A DNA stretch of 64,000 bases from a candidate division FCPU426 bacterium (GCA_963830915.1 CAWHOE010000010.1:1-64000), one strand, 5' to 3'. Counted from the first letter of the stretch, positions 41,378 to 51,557 are shown. A program made the numbers and translations. Notes: a model not told the origin generated them from the sequence alone.

Positions 41378-42871
41378 GTGGAAATGTTCGGTCAAATGTT
41401 GTCGCCGGGACATGTGTTGTTCTTGTTGTTGGCGCTGGGGTTGGCGCTTTCCTTCGAGTTCGTGAACGGTTTCCATGATACGGCCAACGCGGTGGCCACT
41501 GTCATCTACACTCATACCTTGAAACCATGGATCGCGGTCGTCTGGTCCGGCCTATGGAACCTGACCGGGGTCTTGACCTCGACCGGAATGGTCGCCTTCG
41601 GAGTCATCGCCCTACTGCCCGTCGAGTTGGTCATCCATGTGGGTTCGGCTCCCGGCTTTGCCATGGTCTTTTCCCTTTTGATCTCCGCCATTCTCTGGAA
41701 TGTGGGAACCTGGTATTTCGGCCTTCCGGCCTCCAGCTCTCATACGCTGTTCGGCTCCATCATGGGGGTCGGGTTGGCTAACGCCATGATGACCCCTGGC
41801 CATGTATTCGGCGAGGGCGTCAACTGGGACAAGGCCAAGGATATCGGCATGGCCTTATTGGTCTCGCCCATCCTGGGTTTCGTTTGCTCGGCGCTTGTTC
41901 TCCTGATCTTGAAAGCCTTGGTCAAACGCAAGGATCTTTACGAGGCACCTGAAAAGGGCAAGGCACCCCCCTTGTGGATCAGGGCATTGCTGGTATTGAC
42001 CTGCACAGGCGTCAGTTTCGCCCATGGTTCCAACGACGGTCAGAAGGGGATGGGGCTCATCATGCTCATCTTGATCGGCGTGGTTCCCGCTACCTTCGCG
42101 GTGGACTTGAGCATCAACGAGAAGGCCCTCCAGGACCTTTCGGCTACCACCCAAACCATTTCATTCCAGATGGACAAACATTCGCCCGGCGCGGCCATGG
42201 CAGGCGGGCCGGTGGCGGACCAATATATCTCCGACTATTTGAAGCCTGGAGCCAAGATGAGCGCGGATACCTTCGCGGCCATCGGCACCAAGTGCCGGGA
42301 GATATCGGCCTCTCTCCAGGGCCACAAGAGCTTGACTGAATTGAACGAGGATCAGCGCCGCGGTTTGCGCAATGATCTTTACCTAGTCTCTGAGGGATTG
42401 GGCAAGGCCAGCAAGCAGAAACTTTTCAATGACGCGGATGAGAAAAAGTCGGCGGATGACATCAAGAAACACATGGATAAGCTCACCAAGTTCATCCCGG
42501 TGTGGGTGAAGGTGGCGGTGGCCTTGGCCCTTGGATTGGGGACCATGATCGGTTGGAAGCGCATCGTTGTCACTGTGGGTGAGAAGATCGGTAAATCCCA
42601 TTTGACCTACGCGCAGGGCGCCTCGGCCGAATTGGTGGCTTTCGCGACCATCGAGGCGGCGGATATGTTTGGGTTGCCTGTGAGCACGACACATGTACTT
42701 TCCTCAGGCATCGCCGGGACCATGGCGGCCAATCGCTCGGGCCTGCAAATGCAGACCCTTCGGAACATCGTGTTGGCCTGGGTCTTGACCCTCCCCATTT
42801 GTATGCTCTTGGGAGGAGCGACCTTCGCCTTTATCCTGAACGTGGTCTTCAACGTTGTGGGGATAAAATAG
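41378..42871 (+). CDS. pitA: Inorganic phosphate transporter (PiT family)
   Basis: NGFHDTANAVAT, PASSSH, HGSNDGQKGMG, PVSTTH; GTG start after GGGAGG. Confidence 0.92.
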   Translation: MEMFGQMLSPGHVLFLLLALGLALSFEFVNGFHDTANAVATVIYTHTLKPWIAVVWSGLWNLTGVLTSTGMVAFGVIALLPVELVIHVGSAPGFAMVFSLLISAILWNVGTWYFGLPASSSHTLFGSIMGVGLANAMMTPGHVFGEGVNWDKAKDIGMALLVSPILGFVCSALVLLILKALVKRKDLYEAPEKGKAPPLWIRALLVLTCTGVSFAHGSNDGQKGMGLIMLILIGVVPATFAVDLSINEKALQDLSATTQTISFQMDKHSPGAAMAGGPVADQYISDYLKPGAKMSADTFAAIGTKCREISASLQGHKSLTELNEDQRRGLRNDLYLVSEGLGKASKQKLFNDADEKKSADDIKKHMDKLTKFIPVWVKVAVALALGLGTMIGWKRIVVTVGEKIGKSHLTYAQGASAELVAFATIEAADMFGLPVSTTHVLSSGIAGTMAANRSGLQMQTLRNIVLAWVLTLPICMLLGGATFAFILNVVFNVVGIK

Positions 42872-42906
42872 ACAAACACTCTTTCATCATTTATGACTCG
42901 ACCTCG

Positions 42907-42938
42907 AGAAGGCGGCAATCACGGCCGCCTTCTTTTTT
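42907..42938 (+). terminator. Intrinsic terminator after pitA
   Basis: AGAAGGCGGC/GCCGCCTTCT plus T-run. Confidence 0.8.
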
Positions 42939-42974
42939 AGTTTACCCCAACTCTCAGAAGGATGATCCCAAACC

Positions 42975-43319
42975 GTGCGCCGACCCCTCAAAACCAAAAA
43001 GAAAAGCACTTCTCCTCGGGGGCCGAGGGAATTGAGAAAAAAGATCGCCAACTTTTTTTCAACGATCGAGAATTTGCCCTATGGCGCCAGTTTATTGACT
43101 GAGAAAAAAGCGGCTAAGACGGTCGTGGGGGCTGGCATTCTCATCATGGCCTTTGGCGCCGTGCTTTTTTCCATCGGATGGAAAGGACATGTCCCTTGGG
43201 TGGCCGAAACCGCCTTCGTCATTACCTTGATCGGCTGGATGATGGTCGTTTTGGGTTTCGCTTTTGGGTTCGTCGGTTGGGCTTCTAAGTATTTACCGTT
43301 CAAAACCGGGCATCAATGA
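42975..43319 (+). CDS. Hypothetical membrane protein (2 TM)
   Basis: Basic N-terminus, two hydrophobic segments. Confidence 0.5.
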   Translation: MRRPLKTKKKSTSPRGPRELRKKIANFFSTIENLPYGASLLTEKKAAKTVVGAGILIMAFGAVLFSIGWKGHVPWVAETAFVITLIGWMMVVLGFAFGFVGWASKYLPFKTGHQ

Positions 43320-43514
43320 TGGGACTCCTCTTTGGAAGTGTTGGAGTTTGAGCCAAAAAACAGGTGTTCGGTGTTATTTACATAGGTTTAATCTTTCGAG
43401 GCCTTAAATGGCCGATTCGGGGACATTTTATTTAGAAAATCTTCGCAATCGGTGAATGTTGTTTTGTACAATACGGTCCAGTTTGAGCCGGACGTTCAAA
43501 CCTTGGGGAGCCTG

Positions 43515-46500
43515 ATGAAATTCCAATATGGGTCGTTCTTTTTTTTAGGGATAGGTTTAACCATCTCAACCATTGTTGGTTGTAATGGTAAAGCGCCATC
43601 GCCGGTCGCTCCTTCTCGTATCATCTCCCTTAATGTCTCCCTTCCTAGGACCCAAGAACTTCAAGCCAGTCTTCTAGGCTCCACTAGCGATACCCTCCTC
43701 TATACGGCCACATCCGCCAGCGGATCGGTTACGGGTTCAGCGGGGCCTTTCTCCGATCAGGCCGGAGCCGGCGCCATCGATCTTTCCTTGAACCTTCCCA
43801 GCTCGGGGACTTGGCTTCTCGCTTTGGAATTGTTAGAAGCCTCCGACCAGAAACCTTTGGCCTTGGGCGCGGCGCAGTTCGATACTGGGACGATCACGGG
43901 TCCCATTACAATAGAGATGGGCTCAGTTTCCCGTAATTGCTACCAGACGGATACTTGGATGGACCCGGGGGGTTCTTCTTTTTCTTTCGAGAACGATAAT
44001 CTTTCGGCGGGAGTTTCAAGCTCTCTGGACATCTATTTCGCCCCGAGCGCGGGAGCCTTCCAGGTCCAGGCCTTGGGTTCCGACAAGATCCAATACATGG
44101 GTAACGGCCCATTGGTGAATTACGCTGCCGCGCCTACCACTGAAGCCGCAACTTTATCCTCGGCCTCCAAGACAGCAGCCGGGGCATCCAACGCTAACCT
44201 GCAGACGGGAGATGTTTACTGCGTTCTTTTATCAGGCGGCGGACACGCTTGGATGCAGATCAATAGCCCCGGGTCTTCGATCATTGGGCCTTCCTTCCGG
44301 TACAGGGTCAACACCACTCTGCCTTATTACGCCTATGAAAGGACAACCGCGGATCTCTCTGGAGTTTGCCTGACTCCGGCACCGACTTATACGCCTTCCT
44401 ATACACTGACTCCTACTCCGACCAATACTCCGACCATCACGTACACTCCTACCAATACCCCGACGTACATTTACACATCGACTCCCACCATCACCTATAC
44501 ACCGACGACTACCGCAACCTCCACGGCGACACCCCAACCCAAATTGATCCTTTCCTGGGTCGATCAACCATCGTCGCAAAACTATCTCTATAATCAGGCG
44601 AACGTCACGGGCATCCAGGTCTCCCTGACGGCCTTCGGACAAGAACCGATCTCGGTGACCAAGATCGCTTTCGATCTCGGCGGGACCCTGACCAGCGGGG
44701 AAGTGGTCGCGGGAAGCGTTCGATTGATACCCGATACGCCAACGAATGACCCGGCCGGGAACGGGGTCTATACCGCCTCGGCCAACCCCACGCCGGTCGC
44801 TTCCGGAAGTTTCACCAACGGCGGGGTCACGTTCGCCGGTTTGACAAACCTGATCGTCTCCCCTGGCGCTCCCCAGACTTTCCTCTTAGTGCTCAGCCTG
44901 AACGCGACGGGAGGAGAGGATTTCCTCGCGGCCGTCGGTTCCTCCTCCATCCAGGCTTTCGGGGCCACGACTCAGACCCTATCCTTGGTGTACGGCGGTC
45001 CTTTCAATGGGAACCTTCATAACGTCCTGGGTGCGACAGCCACGCCGACCCTTACCGCGACGAACACCGCCACCTCAACTGGTACCCCGTCTTTGACCAT
45101 GAGTCCGACTTTCACCACTACTCAGACGCCGACCAATACACCTTCCAATACCACCACCCAAACCCCGACCGATTCGGCCACGAATACGGCCACGCCGTCA
45201 CCCACCAACACCCCCACCGTGACCATGACTCCTATCCCGACGGTCTATATACCGGACCTGAATTTATTAAACGTGATTCAAAATGTACTATTGACGAATA
45301 ATATCCATGCCAACCTTACGGACCCCATTTACCCTGCGGACATGGCTTCTATCACAAGTTTATACGCCAATTCGGATAGCATCGTCAGTTTGGAAGGTCT
45401 TGAATATTGCACTGGAATGACCACCCTTCAGCTTGAAAACAACGCTGTCACCGACCTATCACCCATCTCAGGTCTAACGGGATTGACGTATTTAGATCTC
45501 TGGTATAACCAGCAAATAACAAGTTTCACTCCTTTGAGTCTTTTAACAGGTCTCCAACAGCTTTATCTCGGGAACAACAATCTTTCCGATCTATCCTTCT
45601 TGCCGAATTTGATCAACTTGCAGGATTTGGATCTGACCTATAACTCAATTACTGATATGTCGCCTGTGACCGATCTAGTTAATTTGCAAAATTTGTATAT
45701 TTATTCCAACCAGATCACGACGGTACCGGACCTAACGGCAATGACACAATTGAGCTATTTGGACATGGATAGTAACTACAATTTGGCGGATATCAGCGGG
45801 TTGGCCGGGGCGGGAAACCTTAACTATCTCAATCTGGATTACACATCGGTTGCTGACTTGTCGAGCTTGAGCAACTTGAGGCGTCTCAATGACATCGAGT
45901 TGGACGGCACTTCCATCACGGATTTGGGGTCTTTGGTGACCTTGGCGCAGGGAGAAGTCTATAACGTTTATCTATCCATCCTGAACGATCCAAATTTGAA
46001 CTCGAACACGAACGTGCCGACCGAGATTCTGATGCTCATGAGCGATAACTGGACCGTTAATTTCCAGGTGAACATACCCGACTCGGCGCTTTATGGGGCG
46101 GTTTTCACCACTTTGGAAAATAATGGCGTCATTAACGGGGATTCGATCATCACCCCGGCGGATATGGCGACTCTCACCAGCCTGACAGCGGAGGCTGATT
46201 GTATCACCAGCCTAGAAGGGTTGGAATATTGCACGTCTTTGACCAGTTTGGACCTGCAATGGAACACCATCTCCGACTTGACGCCCATTTCCAATCTCAC
46301 GGGATTGACTTCCCTCAATCTTGAGAGCAATAGCCTCAGCGACATCAGCCTGTTGGCCGGCATGACAGGTTTGACCGAATTGAACCTGGATAATAACCAG
46401 ATCACCGACCCATCGCCCTTGGCTTCATTGACGGGTTTGATCTATTTGGGGCTGGACGTCAATCAGATAAAAGATTTCTCTTCACTCAGGAGCTTGAGGG

Positions 46501-47240
46501 GCCTGAACGAGCTCGACCTCTCCAGCAACCTTATCACTTCCATTCCAGAAGAGTTTTCCATGCCGCAGGCTTTCCGTTTGTACCTGGAATACAACCAGAT
46601 CACGGATATCCAACCTCTAGTGGACGCTGGGGAGATCGACGGTACCGCCTGGTTATATCTTTACGGAGATCCCTTGACCAATTTGAATGTGCCGACTGAA
46701 CTTCAGCAATTGGCAGGTGATGGTTGGACGGTCTATTCCTGGGTGACCATTCCGGATCCGAATCTATTGAGCGCAGTACAGTCCGTCCTTGTAGAGAATG
46801 AGATCATCTCCAACACATCGGTACCCATTACACCCGCCGATATGGCCGCCATTACGTCGTTGACCGATGACGATAATGGAGTCACCAACCTGCAAGGCTT
46901 GCAATATTGCACTGGAATGAACTATCTGGAACTGGAATACAACAACATTACCGACCTATCTCCTATCGCTAACTTATCTGGTTTGTATTCACTGGATCTG
47001 TATTACAACAATGTCTCGGATCTCACGGCCTTGACCGATATCACGTCGTTGACATACTTGGAGTTGGATGGGAACCCCATTACGGATTTAACTCCTTTAC
47101 TGAACAATTCGGGTTTGATACCCAACCGAGCGACCATTTCGCTATTGGATATTACGATCAACCCAACCATATATTCCCAGATCACGACATTGGAGAATGA
47201 TGGGAATGGATGTACGGTTTATTATTATTATCTACCTTAA
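43515..47240 (+). CDS. Lipoprotein with N-terminal beta domains, Thr/Pro linkers and three internalin-like capped LRR blocks
   Basis: GGGGAG RBS; IVG-C lipobox; 22-aa LxxLxLxxNxIxDLxPL repeats; three caps IPDxxL...ITPADMA. Confidence 0.88.
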   Translation: MKFQYGSFFFLGIGLTISTIVGCNGKAPSPVAPSRIISLNVSLPRTQELQASLLGSTSDTLLYTATSASGSVTGSAGPFSDQAGAGAIDLSLNLPSSGTWLLALELLEASDQKPLALGAAQFDTGTITGPITIEMGSVSRNCYQTDTWMDPGGSSFSFENDNLSAGVSSSLDIYFAPSAGAFQVQALGSDKIQYMGNGPLVNYAAAPTTEAATLSSASKTAAGASNANLQTGDVYCVLLSGGGHAWMQINSPGSSIIGPSFRYRVNTTLPYYAYERTTADLSGVCLTPAPTYTPSYTLTPTPTNTPTITYTPTNTPTYIYTSTPTITYTPTTTATSTATPQPKLILSWVDQPSSQNYLYNQANVTGIQVSLTAFGQEPISVTKIAFDLGGTLTSGEVVAGSVRLIPDTPTNDPAGNGVYTASANPTPVASGSFTNGGVTFAGLTNLIVSPGAPQTFLLVLSLNATGGEDFLAAVGSSSIQAFGATTQTLSLVYGGPFNGNLHNVLGATATPTLTATNTATSTGTPSLTMSPTFTTTQTPTNTPSNTTTQTPTDSATNTATPSPTNTPTVTMTPIPTVYIPDLNLLNVIQNVLLTNNIHANLTDPIYPADMASITSLYANSDSIVSLEGLEYCTGMTTLQLENNAVTDLSPISGLTGLTYLDLWYNQQITSFTPLSLLTGLQQLYLGNNNLSDLSFLPNLINLQDLDLTYNSITDMSPVTDLVNLQNLYIYSNQITTVPDLTAMTQLSYLDMDSNYNLADISGLAGAGNLNYLNLDYTSVADLSSLSNLRRLNDIELDGTSITDLGSLVTLAQGEVYNVYLSILNDPNLNSNTNVPTEILMLMSDNWTVNFQVNIPDSALYGAVFTTLENNGVINGDSIITPADMATLTSLTAEADCITSLEGLEYCTSLTSLDLQWNTISDLTPISNLTGLTSLNLESNSLSDISLLAGMTGLTELNLDNNQITDPSPLASLTGLIYLGLDVNQIKDFSSLRSLRGLNELDLSSNLITSIPEEFSMPQAFRLYLEYNQITDIQPLVDAGEIDGTAWLYLYGDPLTNLNVPTELQQLAGDGWTVYSWVTIPDPNLLSAVQSVLVENEIISNTSVPITPADMAAITSLTDDDNGVTNLQGLQYCTGMNYLELEYNNITDLSPIANLSGLYSLDLYYNNVSDLTALTDITSLTYLELDGNPITDLTPLLNNSGLIPNRATISLLDITINPTIYSQITTLENDGNGCTVYYYYLP

Positions 47241-47370
47241 AGAATCCCGAATGGCGGGTGGGATCATCTGGTAGAAACCGAATGTTGACATAGTATGGTT
47301 TGTATCATCTTTTGTTGTTTGTTCGATTAGATTTCAAAGGATACTTGCAGGAAGATAAAGGAGACAGGAA

Positions 47371-47610
47371 ATGAAAAAAGTACTATTGGCGATAGCCGTC
47401 CTGATGATATCCGCGCCCCAAATGACCAGGGGCGCCCAGGATCAAGGGAAACCAGTGCCGGATTGGGTTTTGCAGCACCGCCAAGACCAAGCCAAGGGGA
47501 TCAAAGGTAAAAGGGTCAAACCGGCCAAAAAGATCGGTGGCACGGCCCAAAAGGGAGCGCCACAGGTATCGCCCCTCGGGAAAAAAGGCAAAGTTGCCCC
47601 GAAAAACTAA
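47371..47610 (+). CDS. Small exported Lys-rich protein
   Basis: AAGGAG RBS; MKKVLLAIAVLM signal-like start. Confidence 0.65.
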   Translation: MKKVLLAIAVLMISAPQMTRGAQDQGKPVPDWVLQHRQDQAKGIKGKRVKPAKKIGGTAQKGAPQVSPLGKKGKVAPKN

Positions 47611-47825
47611 ATGAAATTAGGGTTTCCTAAGTTTTAACCGAGTAAGCCAATAATGAAACATATACGGTTTGGATGATCCTGCCCCCATTATCCCTAAGCA
47701 CCAAACAGCCATGACAAAGGTCGTTAATCTAAAGTTCGTACCCGTTTGTGTTTTATGTTAAAAAACGGTCGATTTTTTCGCTGTCTGACGTCTAAAATAA
47801 AAGCCAACTATTTTGGGGAGGATAT

Positions 47826-48479
47826 ATGGATAGGGTTTGTTTATTTATCGACGGCAGCGGCTTTTACTTTTCACTGAAACGGAATAATCACGCTACCCGA
47901 GTGGATTATCATGAGCTTTCCAAATCCTTGGTGGGTCCCGACCGCAAACTGATCCGCGCTTATTATTATAATTCCGCCTATGACCCAGCGCTTTCCCCCG
48001 ATCAATGGAAGACCCAACAATCGTTCCTGGATTCCTTGACCCGCACCCCTTTCCTTGAATTGAGATTAGGCAAGCTCATCCCTCAAAAAGAGGGCGGATT
48101 CCGGGAAAAGGGAACGGATATTCGGCTGGTCAGTGATATGGTTTATTACGCGGCCAAGGATATTTACGATACCGCGATCGTCATCACGGAGAATACCGAT
48201 TTTGCAGGGGCACTGGCCCAGGTCAAGGAATTCGGGAAGCATATCGAGTTGTGCTTTTTCCCGGAAGGTCAGCCTCGAGAGTTGGTACAGGTGGCCGACA
48301 GGATCATTCCTCTGGTCGAGGTTTTAACAAAGTTCGGCAAGAAGATCTTTCCGGAAGCCCCCGAAAACATGGAAACACCCGAGGATAACGCGGGCAATCG
48401 TGTGGGGGACCCAATCCCGACCAAATCTAGTTTCCTCTCTGGGCCCAAAGGCCTGTTGAAGGGCAAAAAGAAGATTTGA
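47826..48479 (+). CDS. NYN-domain (LabA/DUF88) protein
   Basis: FIDG, RAYYY, EKGTD, D-TAIVITENTDF, GKHIE, ADR. Confidence 0.88.
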   Translation: MDRVCLFIDGSGFYFSLKRNNHATRVDYHELSKSLVGPDRKLIRAYYYNSAYDPALSPDQWKTQQSFLDSLTRTPFLELRLGKLIPQKEGGFREKGTDIRLVSDMVYYAAKDIYDTAIVITENTDFAGALAQVKEFGKHIELCFFPEGQPRELVQVADRIIPLVEVLTKFGKKIFPEAPENMETPEDNAGNRVGDPIPTKSSFLSGPKGLLKGKKKI

Positions 48480-48522
48480 TCTGTTGGCCTTTCCCCTCGG
48501 CAGCCCTTACCGTTTCTGCCCC

Positions 48523-48564
48523 GTGACTTAAGTCACCGCTTTCTTCCCGCCTTTTCTCTAAACT
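48523..48564 (+). promoter_or_regulatory. CRP/FNR-family site with class II promoter geometry upstream of ric
   Basis: Perfect palindrome GTGACTTAAGTCAC (GTGA-N6-TCAC) at 48523-48536; a TAAACT -10 element at 48559-48564 would place its centre at about -41.5. Confidence 0.65.
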
Positions 48565-48596
48565 CCTTGAGTTGGTAGATTAACCAGGAGGCGGAA

Positions 48597-49334
48597 ATGA
48601 AAACAGACATCCATCAAAGCATTGGAAGCATCGTAACCCAATACCCATCCACCATTCCTCTGTTCGAGGGTCTTAAGATCGATTACTGCTGCGGGGGAAA
48701 CAAATCATTGAAGGATGCTTGTGACAAAGCCGGGATTTCGTTGGAAAAAGTCCTCCAATCTCTGGAGGAAATGACCGGGGCGCCGGAGCAGGAACAGGAT
48801 TGGACAAGGAAAAGTCTACCCGAATTGGTGGATTTTTTACTTCAAAAGCATCATGTCTACACCAGGGAACAGCTGGCGCTTTTGGAAAAACTATCGGAGA
48901 AAGTAGCCAGGGTGCATGGCCCAAATCATCCCGAACTTCTGGGAGTGCGTAAGGTTTTCAGGCTCATCGCTGATGAATTGGGATCCCATTTGTTGAAAGA
49001 AGAACAAGTGGCTTTCCCTTATCTTCTGGCCTTGGCGAATTCAGCGAATGGAGGAAATGGGGAAGGGCTATTCTTCCCCTATTCGGTATTCAAGAGCCAA
49101 CCTCAGATGGTACTGATGGCGGATCATGAGACGGTAGGGGAGCAACTGAGGGAAGTGCGTCGGTTGACCGGAGATTTGACACCGCCCCCCGACGCTTGCG
49201 TGACCTTCCGGGCTTACTACCAGGCTTTCCAGGAGTTGGAGTCGGATCTGCACAGGCACATTCATCTAGAAAACAATGTGCTTTTCCCCATGGCGGAAAA
49301 GTTGGCGGGTGAGGCGGTTTTGACGGGAAACTAA
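48597..49334 (+). CDS. ric: Iron-sulfur cluster repair di-iron protein (YtfE/ScdA/DnrN)
   Basis: IDYCCGG, KHH, VHG, HLLKEE, DH, HIHLENNVLFP. Confidence 0.95.
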   Translation: MKTDIHQSIGSIVTQYPSTIPLFEGLKIDYCCGGNKSLKDACDKAGISLEKVLQSLEEMTGAPEQEQDWTRKSLPELVDFLLQKHHVYTREQLALLEKLSEKVARVHGPNHPELLGVRKVFRLIADELGSHLLKEEQVAFPYLLALANSANGGNGEGLFFPYSVFKSQPQMVLMADHETVGEQLREVRRLTGDLTPPPDACVTFRAYYQAFQELESDLHRHIHLENNVLFPMAEKLAGEAVLTGN

Positions 49335-49367
49335 TTTCCTAACATCGTCCGAAATCATAAAAAGATG

Positions 49368-49400
49368 GGGCGTACCCCTTTGGGCGCGCCCTTTTTGTTT
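49368..49400 (+). terminator. Intrinsic terminator after ric
   Basis: GGGCGTACCC/GGGCGCGCCC plus TTTTTGTTT. Confidence 0.7.
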
Positions 49401-49453
49401 ATAATGCGGGTCGATGGATATAGGCCGAAGTTTATTTAAGAAAGAGGCGTATC

Positions 49454-51319
49454 GTGAAAGCGGAATTCGATAAGGGGCCGGCTTTGGAGGCCGATCTGGA
49501 CGCGGCCAGTCCCCTGACCAGCCTTTTCAAAATGGCCATGCGCCAACGAGGCTTGTTCCTGGGTATCCTGGCTCTGGCCGGATTTTCCAGCCTCTTGCTC
49601 CTGCTCCAACCCCTCCTTTATCGGGAAGCGGTCAACGATGTGGCTGGCGTTTTCATCAAGAGTGGTGTGGAAGAAGGTTCTATTCAAAAGGTCGAAGAAT
49701 CCCTATTCGAAGCATGGAAATCCAAGGTCCCCCATACCCGCCATACGGTCGCTCACCGTACCCCTAAGCAAGCCATGTCCACGTTGATCGTGGTCGTGGT
49801 GCTCCTTTTGATGATCTCCCTAACGGCTTCCTTTACTTCCGCATGGGCGGAGATCATGACCAGTCAGGCGGGTCATGGAATGGAAAGGGCGGTCATCCTG
49901 GCAGCCTTCCGCAAAGCCCTTCATCTACCTTTGAGCCGGGACAGCACGGACCGGGCCTCGTTCTTGACCAAGCAGGTAGATCAGGTGGAACAGGTCGAGC
50001 CTGTGGTTACCATGCTGGCCCTGAGGGTGGGGCCGGAAGCCATCCGGTTGATGGGCATCCTTACCATCATGCTCTACCAAAGCCCGCTTTTGGCGGCGTT
50101 GGCTTTGGCTCCCTTGCCTTTTTACGCCTGGGTGGCGGTCGCGTCCACTAAGCGTTTGGGCATCAACCTGGATTCCTACTATTCGCAATGGCAGTCGATC
50201 TCAGGAAGGATCTCTGAAAGTTTGGCTGGCTTGAAAACGGTGAGGGCCAGCGGGGCGACGGAGAGGGAATTGAAGGCGCTGGAAAAGGAAACCTATTCGG
50301 CCTACGCAGGGGCCGTCCAAAGGGACCGTTTGGGAGCCTGGTCCCTTTTTGGACAGGAGTTCCTGGTTCAGATCAGCAAGGCCCTGGTTCTGTTAGTGGG
50401 CGGGTGGAAGGCGTTCGAGAAACAGTTGACCCCGGGGGATGTGGTGATGCTGGTGGCCTATATCGACCAGGTTTATGATCCGTTGGATTCATTGTCAGGG
50501 ATGGGAGTCGTGATCCAGGAGCATATCGGCTCTTTCCGCCGGGGCCTTCGTCTGGCGGTCCGCAAACCGGAAACATTCGGAAAGGACGCGCTAAAGCCGG
50601 GCCCGGGTAAGGTGACCGTGGAAGAATTGGATTACCGTTATAATCATGGTGTCCCGGTCCTTCGCCAGGTCAGCTTCGAGCTACTGCCCGGAAGATTGAA
50701 CGCCCTGGTGGGACCTTCGGGGTCCGGGAAAAGCACCCTGGCTGAATTGGTGTTGGGGTTGAGGCCCGCGTCGCGGGGAAAGATCCTTCTGGACGGACAG
50801 AATATCCATGAACTGTCGGAGGAGGACCTGCGTCGGGCCACGTCCCTGGTTTCGGCGGATGGGGTCCTTTTTAGCGCCACATTGAAAGAAAACCTTCTAT
50901 ACCAACTGCCGGAGGCCAATGATAAGCAGGCTTGGGAGGTCCTGTCAGCGGCCTGTTTGGTGGACGTGGTGCGTAAGCTTCCCCAAGGTCTGGATACTTT
51001 CCTGGTGGACGGCCATGGACCCTTGTCATTGGGGGAACGCCAGCGCCTCCAGATCGCCCGGGCTTTGCTGGCGAAGCCCCGATTACTGGTATTGGATGAG
51101 GCCACCGCCAACCTGGACAAAGCCAATGAAGACCGGGTCTTGAAGGCGCTCCAAGGGCTTCGAGGGAAATGTACGGTCCTGGCTTTAACCCATCATCCGG
51201 CCTTGGCCAAGGGCGCGGATCAGGTGATGGTCATTGAAAATGGCAGGATCAAGGCCGTTGGAAAGCCATCGGCTGTAGCACGTCAGAACGCCTATTACAA
51301 ACGAATGATGAAGGTCTGA
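49454..51319 (+). CDS. ABC exporter, fused permease/ATPase
   Basis: TM domain; Walker A GPSGSGKS; signature LSLGERQR; Walker B LLVLDEATANLD. Confidence 0.92.
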   Translation: MKAEFDKGPALEADLDAASPLTSLFKMAMRQRGLFLGILALAGFSSLLLLLQPLLYREAVNDVAGVFIKSGVEEGSIQKVEESLFEAWKSKVPHTRHTVAHRTPKQAMSTLIVVVVLLLMISLTASFTSAWAEIMTSQAGHGMERAVILAAFRKALHLPLSRDSTDRASFLTKQVDQVEQVEPVVTMLALRVGPEAIRLMGILTIMLYQSPLLAALALAPLPFYAWVAVASTKRLGINLDSYYSQWQSISGRISESLAGLKTVRASGATERELKALEKETYSAYAGAVQRDRLGAWSLFGQEFLVQISKALVLLVGGWKAFEKQLTPGDVVMLVAYIDQVYDPLDSLSGMGVVIQEHIGSFRRGLRLAVRKPETFGKDALKPGPGKVTVEELDYRYNHGVPVLRQVSFELLPGRLNALVGPSGSGKSTLAELVLGLRPASRGKILLDGQNIHELSEEDLRRATSLVSADGVLFSATLKENLLYQLPEANDKQAWEVLSAACLVDVVRKLPQGLDTFLVDGHGPLSLGERQRLQIARALLAKPRLLVLDEATANLDKANEDRVLKALQGLRGKCTVLALTHHPALAKGADQVMVIENGRIKAVGKPSAVARQNAYYKRMMKV

Positions 51320-51557
51320 TCGGTTTTATTATCAGCGATTCATTCCTGTCCTTGTTTTGATTATCTTAGTCGTCATGCCGGGTGTCGGGGCCATAGCGGC
51401 CTTCGTGCGGGTGAAATGACACTCACTTTGATACTTCGGTCAAAATACGATCTTTTAATCCCTCTTAAGTGATCTTTACGACTTGAATAGACCTCCTGGA
51501 ATCTGCTAAAAGGTAGGTATACAAGAGTATACTATCTCCTTTGGCGAGGATTCTGTC

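Noticed and set aside
41341..41380. Fluoride riboswitch-like GATGGTGTTC upstream of pitA
   Set aside because: The P1 pairing and the 3' GCTGATGAC element are missing.
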